A stretch of DNA of 64,000 nt from Squalus acanthias (GCA_030390025.1 CM059429.1:138322001-138386000), one strand, 5' to 3'; shown: positions 53,268-64,000, counted from the first letter of the stretch. Notes: a model not told the origin generated them from the letters alone. Translations and numbers: made by a program.

Positions 53268-54125
53268 GGGGGAAAAATTTGGTTGCTTTGCGCCTCCCGT
53301 TAGCGCGCTAATGGGATGCAAAGCAACAAGCGCCCGGGCGCAGCGATGTTTGCGCCGCTTGCAAAATTGACCAGACATTTTGCGGCAGTGCTAAACACTA
53401 CCGCCACGATCGTGACGTCAGTCGCGCGTGCAACGCCCCAGTAGGCCCCGGACCGGATATTGAGTGGCGCCCCCTGCCTTACCACCTGCCTGCTAGCGAC
53501 GACAGGTTGAGGGGAACGTTTTGCAGTCGGGAAGGGACTGGGGGAGCGCTATTTAAATGCGACCGCTTCCTGCCTTTTTTTGTCGGCGACATTTTTACAC
53601 CACGCATTCTGAGAGAGAGAGAGAGACTTCTAGAGAGATTTAACGCTGTGTAAAGGAGTTTTGGGTACTGAGCAGCACTTTGCAGGTTCATTTTGATTTG
53701 ACCTTCCTTGCATCGATTTAGAAGAGACTTGGGGGCTGCACTCTGAGCTCTTGCCCTGGGCCTCTCCATTGTTCTTTCCAGCAGATTTGATGTACAGGTC
53801 TGTCCAGGCCGAGGTTCAAGGCTGCAATGAGCAGGGTGTGGATGGAGAGCAAGATTGACCCTCCCCTTTAAGAGCTGGCCGGCGCCAGTGTGTCTGTGTT
53901 CCATCGCTGACTGACATCACGAGCTTCGCCAGCACTCTGAGGTAGCGCCTCGCTCCTCGGCGTTAGCGCCTTAAGAGAGGTGTGTAGCACCTGATTTAGC
54001 GCTCAAATCACCTCCAGGGCGATAGAAGCCAAGTTTGCAGTCGGAGGCGATAATTAGCGCCAGGCGCTAAACTTTGCGCCGGCCGATAATTGCGCCCCAA
54101 ACGGGGCGATACGGAAATCTCCCCC
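53268..54125. mobile_element. Harbinger-type MITE, family A (inverted relative to 9536-10352)
   Basis: TIRs gggggaaaaatttggt / acggaaatctccccc; 3-bp TSD tct. Confidence 0.8.
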
Positions 54126-55132
54126 TCTTTCTTTCCTTCCACCTCCCCCCGACCCCTCCAAGGCCACGTGGCGCGCGGGTGCACTCTCTCCATTGACGGC
54201 GCTCTTTTCAAATGTGCGAGCGGTTACCAACCGACAAAGGGCTGCTCCGCACAAGGGGAAAGAAAAGGTTTGAAAGGAAGGCTCACATTAACTCGGCCCA
54301 CGCAACGCCAGACTAACTCGCTTATTTCCCCATTCCCAACTCCGGTTTCAATCCCCCGGAAGAGAAGTTATAACTTCCACTATTTTATTTAACAGTTCAA
54401 TGCGGCGAGTGGTTTGTGAACATGGAAGCGATTAGGGTGGGATCAAAAAAAAACTTGCCGAGATAAATACTGCTGTAAAAGTCAGTGACATGCAAAGGGA
54501 CTTGACTAACCGTACAAATGGTGTCCAACAGTAAGAACCTGAATTAACTGCGAATGCACAGTCTTTGTATAGCTGAGACTATTCCACTCGTCTCAATATA
54601 CAGGGGAGACTACTGATGTTTATGCCATAAACATCAGTAGTCTCCCCTGTATATTGATGGGACAAACCAACTGGCAGACCCCCTGAAATCTTCTCACGGA
54701 CCCCCAGTTGAGAACCCCTACCCTAGATCATATTCTTAATTTTCCCTGATCCCAGAATAACCCCAGTGCTCCCAGAACCTAAAACCTCAATGCGCCCATA
54801 TCCTAGGATCACTCTCCCAGTGTTCCTAAAACCTCCCTCTCCAGTGTTCTGGAACCCTGGGATGCCCGCCTTCACTATATGCTGGACTCTGAGATCCCAT
54901 TCCAGTACTGCCAGGTCCGACACCAACCCCACCCCTTCCCAGCGCTCCCAGGTTCACCCCGATGCTGACAAGTCATGGTCCCTGATAATACTAATTAGCA
55001 TAACATTCCTGTTCTTATAAAACCTCTGATTTATTGTGAGCAACACTGTGATATCTTCTAAGTTCAAAAGAAAACACAAAGTGCCATTGCTGCTTGATCT
55101 TTTTTCAGATTGGATGTACCTCTTTAAAAGTT

Positions 55133-55199
55133 CATGATGCGGAGATGCCGGCGTTGGACTGGGGTGGACAAAAATGAGAAGTCGCACAACACCAGGTTA
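55133..55199. mobile_element. Penelope-derived mini-insertion
   Basis: Matches 28194-28260; 12-bp TSD tctttaaaagtt at 55121-55132 and 55200-55211. Confidence 0.8.
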
Positions 55200-56009
55200 T
55201 CTTTAAAAGTTGGGATAGGATGCCACCTAGTGTACAAAACCAAATTCCTCAATGCTTGATAAACACAGGCTCATGCTGATCTAAGAAATGGCGTCTAGTT
55301 GCCCAAGTCTCTATCCATTTACTCCATCACATTCCTTTACTCCAATTATATGAAATTCTTGCTTCAGGCATAATGCATAAGGGTATCAATTATGTCATTA
55401 ATTTTTCTCATGCTCTGTATAAGCAAAGTTGTCAACCTGTGATCCAATTATACAGGATTGCAGTCTGATCTATGCTGTAAAGGAGGCAAATTAGTTTTCA
55501 TTCAGACTAACAGACAAACTCAAATTATATTGTATGAGATAAATCAATTTGACAGGATGTTTTTAAACGGACGTTGCTGCTAGTTGTGCATGCCTGGTAC
55601 GTTTGAGGTATGCACTAGTTACTTCTAGGAGGCTTCTTTCGACCATCCACTGTAACTTTGCCCATTCTCTAGAATTTCCACAGATCTTCCGCCAACATTA
55701 CGGCTTACAATTGAGAGAACCTCCATTGAAACTTAACGACTTGGTGTTGTTTTTGTGATTCTGTGGATACCAGCTTAAGTAACCAATATAAATGATCTGA
55801 ACTTGGCAAATAAACATACATGGACTGGCTTCTGGCTCATGTTTATTGGTATACATTTCTCATCGTAAGATTCTGAAGTATGCTAATGCACATGTTGTGT
55901 ATTTGCAGCAGTTCCGTTTTTTTATTTCAGTTTTCCAGGATTTACAGGTTTAGTTTTCATTACTTTGTGATACCTGATTTTCCATAATATTTAATGTTTT
56001 GAGAGTTGT

Positions 56010-56452
56010 TGGTTACATAGAATTTACAGCACAGAAACAGGCCATTCGTCCCATCTGGTCTATGCTGGTGTTTATGCTCCATGTGAGCCTCCTCCCACCC
56101 TACTTCATCTAACCCTATCAGCATATCCTTCTATTCCTTTCTCCCTTTGTACTTATCTAGCTTCCCCTTAAATGCATCTGTGCTATTTGCCTCAACTACT
56201 CCATGTCGTAGCATGTTCCGCACTCTAACCACTCTCTGGGTAAAGAAGTTTCTCCTGAATTACTGGATTTATTAGTGACTATCTTATATTTATAATCCCT
56301 AGTTATGGATTACCCCACAAGTGTAAACATCTTATCTACTTCAACCCTATCAAACCCCGACAGAATTTTAAAGACCTCTATCAGGTCACCCCTCAGCTTT
56401 CTCTTTTCTAGAGAAAAGAGCCCCAGCCGGTTCAGTCTTTCCCGATAATTCT
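56010..56452 (-). mobile_element. CR1 3' fragment, cut at 56452 by the ERV LTR
   Basis: Reverse complement of a CR1 C-terminus and 3' UTR (ttaaagacctctatcaggtcacccctcagc). Confidence 0.8.
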
Positions 56453-57158
56453 TGTAAGAATATCGATATGTCTTTTACATTACTTTTAGTTCGAACAAAA
56501 ACAAAACAGTACTGTAGACAGAATTGATATAAATCATGTTCTCGAAAAGGATCAATTTCAGGACAAAGGATATTTTGTATGGTAAAGATAGGCACAAAAA
56601 AATAACTAAGCTAGGTGGAGAAATATTGAGCTTAAAGAAGTATTAAGATTGAATCATAAAAGCTTTTGGAGCACAGGCTTTTCATCACAGCAGGGTGAAG
56701 GCATCAAATGTTGTTTACAACAAAGCTATGGCTTGGGGAAAAGCAGTGATAGGAAGTAACAGTATGGTGTGAAAAATGCATGGGGCCTCTCATCTCTGTT
56801 TGGCAATCGATTGAAACAACTGGGTCGTCTAAAAAACATTAGATAGTGTTGCATTCAGCAGGAAGAGAACCATAAAAGATAACAGTATAAAGAAATGCCA
56901 TGTTTTTACTTAGAAAGAAAGTAACCGTTGCTGCCTTCGGGACCTGGCGTAAATAGGCTTGAAGAAGGCATCTTCACGATTCCTCATTAAATCTACGCAC
57001 AGTAAATTTTAGACACGGGGCTAATGTGTGGTACTCTGTATGGTTGGTTAGGGTGTTTAAGATTAATGTTTTGTCAACAATAAATGAAGTGAATTATCAA
57101 ACATATTACTGTCTCTAGCTTTATGAATCTGTTTAATGGGTAAAGAACTTATCCAACA
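56453..57158 (+). mobile_element. 5' LTR of an endogenous retrovirus (706 bp)
   Basis: TG...CA ends (TGTAAG at 56453, CCAACA at 57158); TATAAA 56886; AATAAA 57079; directly followed by the PBS; first 15 nt match 63752-63766 at 14/15. Confidence 0.8.
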
Positions 57159-57161
57159 GTT

Positions 57162-57179
57162 TGGCGAGCCAGGCAGGAG
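57162..57179 (+). promoter_or_regulatory. Retroviral primer-binding site (PBS) complementary to tRNA-Arg(ACG)
   Basis: TGGCGAGCCAGGCAGGAG is 17/18 to TGGCGAGCCAGCCAGGAG, the complement of the vertebrate tRNA-Arg(ACG) 3' end as I recall it; it starts 3 nt after the LTR end. Confidence 0.8.
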
Positions 57180-57513
57180 CTAAGACTAGTAGTTGTTTGA
57201 CCATTGAACCAGGGATGGGCCAGCTCTGATTTAATAAGACCCATACAGCAGTAGAAGCGATAAAGTTGTAGATCTCGGATATTTGAACAATGAGTAAATT
57301 AGAGGAGTATGTAGTCCAGTATCTCATAAGGCATGGTGGTGGACCACCCCGCCCCCACCCCCATAACAGAGTTATCAGAGAAAATACGCAAGAAGAATTT
57401 TTTGAGCAAACTTAAACAGGATGGGACTAAGTGTGCCGTAAGACAAGGATTGTTTGCTGTAGTCAGAACCCTGTCCACAACAAAATAGGTAAAGGAATTC
57501 CTACAATTTAAAG

Positions 57514-57637
57514 TGAGAAGTCACACAACACCAGGTTATAGTCCAACAGTTTTATTTGAAATCACAAGCTTTCGGAGCGGCTGCTCCTTCGTCACTTTTT
57601 TGCACCCCAGTCCAACACCGGCATCTCCGCATCATGG
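57514..57637. mobile_element. Penelope-derived mini-insertion with internal inversion, inside the ERV
   Basis: Same family as 28193; 13-bp TSD ctacaatttaaag at 57501-57513 and 57638-57650. Confidence 0.82.
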
Positions 57638-58186
57638 CTACAATTTAAAGATAAGATTGTTCACCCACACACAGCAGTAGCTTGTTCGGAAGCATTTGAA
57701 GTTTCTGTAGAAAGGGACCATCTCAAAGCTGGGAGCGAAAGGGGACAATGTGAGAGGTGTAAAGATGGTCTGGGTGTTGTAGTAGTGAGAGAGGCAGTTG
57801 CAATGATTCAGCAACTGAGAAATTTACTGGGACTTTTCACGAGTTTCTCAGTGTCCCCTTGCTTGTGTACTCTTTGCCATTACACCCCTTCCGTTGCTCA
57901 ATAGAGAGGAAATCAAGAAATTGTGCAGGAGGCCGAGGAGTTTATATTAGCCCTTTCACAGCAAACAAAAGCAGTTATGTAAAAATTAATTGTTAGCTAT
58001 CCAACAAGTAAGAACAGATTTAAGAAGAGAAAGAAATTGAAAGTCCACAGCAAATATCAGAGATTAAGATTGTTGTGAGAAAACAGGATTGAGGTAAAAG
58101 ACTAACAGACTTTCTTTAGTGTTTCATGTACTGTCTCTTTAAATATGTGTCCTTCTTTCTGCTGTTTCATGCTGCAGTGTCTCACA

Positions 58187-58679
58187 AGGGGAATTTTAAC
58201 CTAAAAAAGTGTGGGTTTGGAGCGTGAGGGTAGTTAAATTGTTAAAAATGTGGACGGAAGTGATCCCGTCCACTTCCAGTTTTAACAGGCGGGACGGGGG
58301 GGGGGGGTGGGGGCGGGCGACCAACCCGCTCCCAGGGGGCGGAACGTCAATTTAAATATTATAATAAGGCTGGAAGCCTCTTTTATAACCACCATTCTGT
58401 TTTTAACTGCATGTGGACGGGTTTCACACAATTCGTGAATCCCGGCAGTTACAGCAAAATGGGGACTGCTGGATCCAGGAGGTAAGTGCCTTTATACCTA
58501 CCTCCTGGATCCAGGGTCCCTACCTGACTCACTCCCCGTGATCGGAGACCCCCTCACGAGGCCTCCGATTGCCATCCCGTTAAAGTTGGCAGGGCCTGCA
58601 GGAAACCCATTCTCCCAGGTTTCCAGCTCACATCGGAGCCCCCCGCCCTCAACCCGCCTTCCCCATGAAAATCCAGCCC
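58187..58679. mobile_element. Harbinger-type MITE inside the ERV
   Basis: Right end aaaatccagccc identical to that of 15205-15845; 3-bp TSD aca. Confidence 0.65.
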
Positions 58680-58700
58680 ACAGAATTAAAAGCAATTTAA

Positions 58701-59562
58701 GGCCAAGATTTTGCCAGCGCTCCGAGGGCGGGTTTGGAGGCGGGTCATAGGTTAAATTCGTTTTGATTGACGGCGGGTTCTGATCCCGCTGTCAACCCAC
58801 CTCCAAACAGCTTTCCCAAATGTCAGGTCCCCGATTTGCGAATGAACCCAACACCTAGAGGCGGGAAGTGGATTAAAGGCAATTACCTGCCTATTAACAA
58901 GTACTTGCCAGTAGCTGTCAGCCTATTTTTGGATTTTGACGCTTCTAGCTCGGGTTTCCCGACGTCCGGACACCGCGCCAGGTAAGTGTGGTGTGTTGTG
59001 AGTCTGGATTGATGACAGCTGCAGAAGTGGTGTGAAGGGTCCAATGTTGCACATAGTGAGTCTCAGAGGAAAGAAAATGTTGGGTACTGCATTTTTAATA
59101 CATTACAGATTTCTTTAGCTTGCAAGTTTTTAAATCCATGTCCAGTGCCACTTCATTGGGAGAACCTCTCTCACCAGTGACAGATCGCTTCTGTCACCTC
59201 ACCTGCAACTGCCATCTATTCCAGCCTATGGAGGGAGTCATTGGAGAGCCTGGATGCAAGAGTTCACCTTTGTGCAGTGATTGTCAGTGTTTTCAGCACC
59301 TCAATGCTGTCAAACACTGAGAAATCAACTGTCAAAATAAAATTATGCTTGGTCCCTTTAAGGAAACCGGCAGATGACGCGTCATCAAATGACGTCATCT
59401 GACTCACTTCCTGTTAATTGGCTGGCAAGCCCACAGGGCGGGCTTAACAAGGTTAATCAAGGCAAAATCACGTCTGTGGAGCAGAAGCAGCTGGGGTCGG
59501 GACTGGAAGCCGGAAAGTAGCTGACCCGCACTCAACCCACCTCCATTAATAAAATCGCAGCC
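58701..59562. mobile_element. Harbinger-type MITE inside the ERV
   Basis: TIRs ggccaagatttt / aaaatcgcagcc; canonical Harbinger TSD taa. Confidence 0.7.
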
Positions 59563-60339
59563 TAAGTCTCTGTAGTCTCTGTGGTTGCTTTTAGGAGCAA
59601 TATAAGCATTTTGATCATTGTCTTTTCTATGAGCATATGCTGCTTTATGCTTGTTAATTGTTTTCTGTATATGTATTCAAATATGTGTTATTTTTACGAT
59701 ATTGAGTTCTTATGGGGAATTTTTTGGGTTTGAAAACTGAAATTTACAGACCGTGTGTCTGGTCAAATTATGAACACTGCTTTTTTATTAGTGGCCACTT
59801 TAGAAAACTGGTTATGCGAATTTTGTGAACAATCACTCGCTCGCGACTTGGGATTATTACATAAAATTTGGTACTTTTGAGTTAATCTACCTATAAAAAG
59901 GAATCAATATTTTAAGGTGGATGAGAGCAAATAAGGCTTGAAAGATTGAGTGTGATTAAGATACGTGGTCTTGTTATGAGAGTGTGAATGTGGTTGTTAA
60001 AACTAAGTTTTAATATAAGATTGTGCCCTCAAAATGTAAGAGATTTAAGGAAAACCTTTGTGATTTCATGAAAGTGTTTGACGTTTGGCATGGATTTATT
60101 TTACTGTAATTTACATTATACCACTGTTAAAATGCGCAGAGTTTTTATTAGGTAAAAACAGCTTTGAAGAATTACAAAGTTACAGTTTGAACTTTTTCAA
60201 AGCACTTTTTTTAATTGACTTAGCAGCTGAAATTGCTACTGTGCTGGCTGACTCCTCCCCAACCCCAAAGGGTTATTTCACAGTGAGCAAGTAATTAATC
60301 CCTTCTATGTTCTATATTAGTTTTTTAAGTATCAGCTCA

Positions 60340-60640
60340 AAGCGATACCACCACGCTTACTACTGCGGCAGTTCTTGTGGAACAAGTTCTTTCGAGGTGG
60401 GGCGATCAAGGTGATCGATAGTAATAATGGAGCATGATTTGTAAGTCAGGTCATGAAAGAAATGTGCACAATGTTAGGGATAGAACAGAAATTTCACAAT
60501 CCATAGCACCTGCAAGTGTCAGGCTTGGTGGAAGGAACAAATAGAATGGTTAAAACTACGTTAAAGAAAGTAGTCAGTGAGACTGAGATCTTAAAATACT
60601 CCTGATTTTGAGGGCAATTAGAGGAACTGTGACCGGTCAT
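60340..60640 (+). pseudogene. Retroviral integrase catalytic-core relic (pol)
   Basis: TTAAVLVEQVLSRWG..IDSNNGA*FVSQVMKEMCTMLGIEQKFHNP*HLQVSGLVEGTNRMVKTTLKKVVSET..LILRAIRGT matches the SDNG...YHPQSSGxVERxN integrase pattern, with stops and frameshifts. Confidence 0.82.
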
Positions 60641-60649
60641 GAAAATGCA

Positions 60650-61326
60650 TCTCCGAAACAGCTGCCCCGGAGCGCCCCGAAAAAGTTAGCACCCCCGCGG
60701 CCGATTTTCCCTGGTAGCGCCCCGAGAGGGAGGAGGGGCGCTACTGGAAGCACCCCGCGTCCCTCTTGGGACGCTGCGAGCCAATATCGCGGCACTGCGG
60801 CACGTCGCGCCGCGGTACTGCAGCCTTCCTCCCCTTATTAAAGGAGAGGGGCCTGGCGCAGCGCGTCCCGGCGCCCAGCTGGGCCACCAGGGATCGGGAG
60901 TGCCGGCAAACTAACCTGGGCTCACGGAGAGCAGCCGGCACCCCGCGGTGGGACTTCATGGGGGCCGGGGACAGCAACGGGGGCAGGTGCTGGCAGGCGG
61001 CCAGCAACAGAAATGGCTGCCCGCCACCTCCCCTTTAACTAGCGCCGCCCCAGCCGCAGGTAGGCCCCCCTGACCCCGGCGGACATAGCGTCCGGCGGTA
61101 AGTCGGGGGGTGCCACCTAATGTTACAGCCGGGGTGCGAGCGGGGCGCTGCGCACGGCGATTACATAATTGCCGGCGGCGCAGCGCCACGCGGCGCTAAC
61201 GGTTAGCACCGCCGCTAACCTCCTGCTGAATTTCACGGGAGGCGTTAGCGGCGCTGCGCCCAGGTGCTAGTTGATTTGCCCTCTTAGGGCGCTAATGGGA
61301 GGCGCAAATCAACCGAATTTAGCCCC
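60650..61326. mobile_element. GC-rich Harbinger-type MITE related to family A, inside the ERV
   Basis: Right end ggcgcaaatcaaccgaatttagcccc resembles 10330-10352; left boundary uncertain. Confidence 0.6.
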
Positions 61327-61479
61327 TTAAACCCTTTCAGGACACCGACCATTGAAAGGCTTTTCCCTTTTCAGTTCATAAATTTGGTTAATTTCTGATT
61401 AAATTCTAACCTGTACGGAGAATTATTTCTTTTTAAATTGAAAGAATGTTCCTTGCTGCTCTGAGGAAGTAAATACCGG

Positions 61480-63700
61480 AGTACCTGAATACTTCTCCTA
61501 CTAATGACAATTGGCGGTGCAAGGCGGGCCGATATTTATCTGGCATTATGATACACCCAGAACTTTAAATTTTTCATATTTCTGGCAACCACATGAAGGT
61601 GAATAAATTAACATTCAACAATTGTGGTAATTGTTTGAACTGCGAACTCATGTTAAAAAAAACAAAGGCAAGATCCCATATGTAACAAAACTAAATTGAA
61701 CCAGACTGAATCAATGAAATGTCCGAGGCAAGGTAAAGGACCAAATAATGGACTGATAGTGATTTGCAATTTGGAAATTCTCCTTCTCTGTTAAATTTTC
61801 CTTTTGTATCTTTGCCTTCTGTTTTATGTGATTGTATATGAAATGTAATTATGTGCCGCTAAGAGAAATACTGAGCGCAATTTGGCAAGAAATCAAGTGA
61901 ATTGACATAAAGAAAATGTGGGAACATGATGAGACAATGCACAAGTAATTAAGGGGATGGTTTAAAGGAATGAATAGGCAGACGGGATGTTATATCAGAA
62001 CAACAAACACTATTAAGAACTGATCTCAAAGGTAGTACATATAGAGCATGTTTCTACTTAAATCAGATCCAAAAAGGGGTTAAATGATATAGAAAACAAT
62101 TGGATACCAAATGTTATATTGGGCAAACAAATAAAATTTTTAAATCAAATGGGAATATGGTTGGTGTCAGGTACAAAGATTCAGATTGTTGTAATATACC
62201 AGGAAGCCTGCAGGCAGAGTGACATTATTTTGGACTGTAAGATCTTAATGATCTCTGAGTTCTTGGACAAGACACAAATAGGCAGCAGCCAGTATGTTTG
62301 AGCAATAGATCAAGATTTATTAAGCTTACAGCGTAATATACTTCACAACAGGCAATAGTTTAACGAGTAGCTCCCAGCCCTCGGTCTCTGGAGCCTCTCG
62401 GACACAGGTGACGTCGTCTTCAGTCTGTTCCTTTGTCTTTGCAGTAGATCTGTGTGAAGTTGTCCTTTGAGTATCGAGGTTTTAACCTTTTTCTTATCAA
62501 AAGTTTGTTTGGCCAGTGTCCATATATGGTCTTTAACAAAATTACCTTTTTTAATTGGTTCTAATAGTCAAAATACCATTGTCACTCAGACTAAAGTTAG
62601 CATCTTGGCCCCGGCTTTCCAGTATTTTTCCTACAACTTTACCATATTCAGTGTTATCTTGTTTATACATTCTTTACCCCACTGAAATTTACCTTATCTC
62701 TCCCATTTCTAGCTTCCCTGGTACACAAGCAGTGTTAAGCGAACTCTAATTAAGCTTAGCATTATAATATGTTATTTTAACAATTTAACCCTCACTCGCA
62801 GCCTGTGGCTGTTTGTTATCAGAGCTTAGTCAAAACTGTTTCTGACTGTCCTTGCGGCTACATTTGAACAAGCCTTAATATTTCCATACCCACAGGGAAT
62901 TGTGGGCAATATTAGTTGGTCAATAGCTGCACTTAAATTTATACATATATGATTCTCATCTACTAAGGACCTCTAAATATCAGTCTTTCGTACAGGATGG
63001 ATTCCTGTCATAATACCATTGTTATCTTTCAATGTAAGACCAATAAAAGTATTTAAAGTGAATGCTATAGACTTGTTGGAAGATGAAATAGGTAAGGAGT
63101 TTGTAAACTATTCAAGGAAACTAGTTAGAGGTAATGAGGGAGTCTGGATAGCCCCAGAGAAATTGGTGCCTGGTGATGTAGCTGTGATTTGCTGTAGAGC
63201 ACATCATCAGCATGTGGCCTCACCCCGGATGAAGAATCCCCTAACTGCAATATACAGGTTGATCGATGGAACTCAGAGAACTAATGTTTGGAGAGAGGGA
63301 GGTATTGCGTTACACACCATATGCATGGTTTGGTGGACAACATTTTGCCTTACACCAACCACTGAAAAAAACCTAAATTGGGGTTAAAATATTGGTGCCT
63401 GTTGGGGCCTACGTTGTTACAGGAACTCAAGTAAACGCTACCCACAAGACAGAAGCCTTCCGAGCAGTTGTAAATTTTGGCCACCCAATTCCGCCCTTTC
63501 TTGAATTTTAACTCTATATTGCAATGCATCAGCACTTCTCAGAGACAATATCATCGTTATACAGCAGCAGAGTGATACTGAACAGCCACGTTGGGTAACC
63601 ATGAATGATGGGAAGTGGCATATAGCAGTAATGGTTTGCTTGTTTTTAAAAAAAACAAATCTTAAAGCAAGTTAAGATAAAAGAAAATATGATAAATATT
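61480..63700 (+). pseudogene. env-like glycoprotein relic of the ERV (interrupted by a solo LTR)
   Basis: Lies between integrase and PPT; hydrophobic ILLLLMTIGG near 61490; heptad-like stretch at ~61900-62100; Cys-rich fragments GWIPVIIPLLSF..FKVNAI, SACGLT..NCNIQV, GRYCVTH, TFCLTP; hydrophobic IAVMVCLFL near 63620. Confidence 0.5.
62236..62894 (-). mobile_element. Solo LTR of a second LTR-element family
   Basis: TG...CA termini, 659 bp; on the - strand a CCAAT box and an AATAAA (tttatt near 62316) about 80 nt before the end; TSD only partial (tggac/gggaa). Confidence 0.55.
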
Positions 63701-63740
63701 AGCTCTGACAGGAAAATAAATAGGAGGTCTTTCAAGCCTC

Positions 63741-63766
63741 AAAGTGGGGAATGTAAGAATATCAAT
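63741..63766 (+). mobile_element. Polypurine tract (PPT) and start of the ERV 3' LTR
   Basis: aaagtggggaa (63741-63751) then TGTAAGAATATCAAT, versus TGTAAGAATATCGAT at 56453. Confidence 0.78.
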
Positions 63767-64000
63767 GGGCCAGAAATTCGGCTCCCTGGCTTCCCACGGG
63801 TGCAAGGATCGCGCGCGCACCTACCTACCGCGCCTGTCGTTGACCTCTGGGCCCACGGAGACTTCAGCTCCTGGGCCTCCTGCAGCTGCCGGCGCGCAGT
63901 GCTTGTGTATCCCAGGGGCGTAGTTAGTGCGATGCGTCCCCTGGGATCACGTGGGCCATGGAGAGCCAATGGCAGCAGACCATCTTTCATTCATAGATTT
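63767..64000. mobile_element. Harbinger-type MITE (family B-like) inserted in the 3' LTR, truncated by the window end
   Basis: Starts gggccagaaatt after aat, like 22022; shares ccctgggatcac..gggccatggagagccaat with the reverse complement of ~41700-41735. Confidence 0.7.

Larger units (their letters stand above)
52177..54720. mobile_element. hAT/Charlie-like non-autonomous element carrying nested insertions
   Basis: Termini caggggctggcaacc / gttgagaacccct(a); flanking 8-mers ctctagac (52169-52176) and ccctagat (54721-54728) resemble a decayed NTCTAGAN-type TSD. Confidence 0.55.

Noticed and set aside
60650-61326. CpG-island promoter of a host gene
   Set aside because: The GC-rich stretch ends in a MITE-type TIR and resembles family A elements; the same holds for 9536-10352 and 53268-54125.

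Overview
Eukaryotic, repeat-rich genomic DNA, almost certainly from a cartilaginous fish (shark), judged from HE1/V-SINE and SacSINE1/DeuSINE-type SINEs plus shark-type CR1, L2, Penelope and Harbinger repeats. The only host gene is the 3' end of an EWI-family Ig gene, IGSF3, on the + strand. It has three phase-1 V-type Ig-domain exons (20065-20472, 25678-26087, 30251-30673), a TM/cytoplasmic terminal exon (36399-36649) and a probably very long 3' UTR. The middle Ig exon carries a 1-bp frameshift. The most notable non-host feature is a decayed endogenous retrovirus from 56453 to beyond the window end. It has a 5' LTR, a tRNA-Arg(ACG) primer-binding site, a gag-like start, an integrase relic, a Cys-rich env-like relic, a polypurine tract and the start of the 3' LTR, with several younger insertions inside it. 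Also present: Penelope-like elements and mini-derivatives with minimal hammerhead-ribozyme motifs and target-site duplications (TSDs), many PIF/Harbinger-type MITEs plus a HARBI1-like transposase relic, a hAT-like element, a G-rich minisatellite and several near-perfect hairpins. All repeat family names come from recognising motifs by eye, not from database searches.
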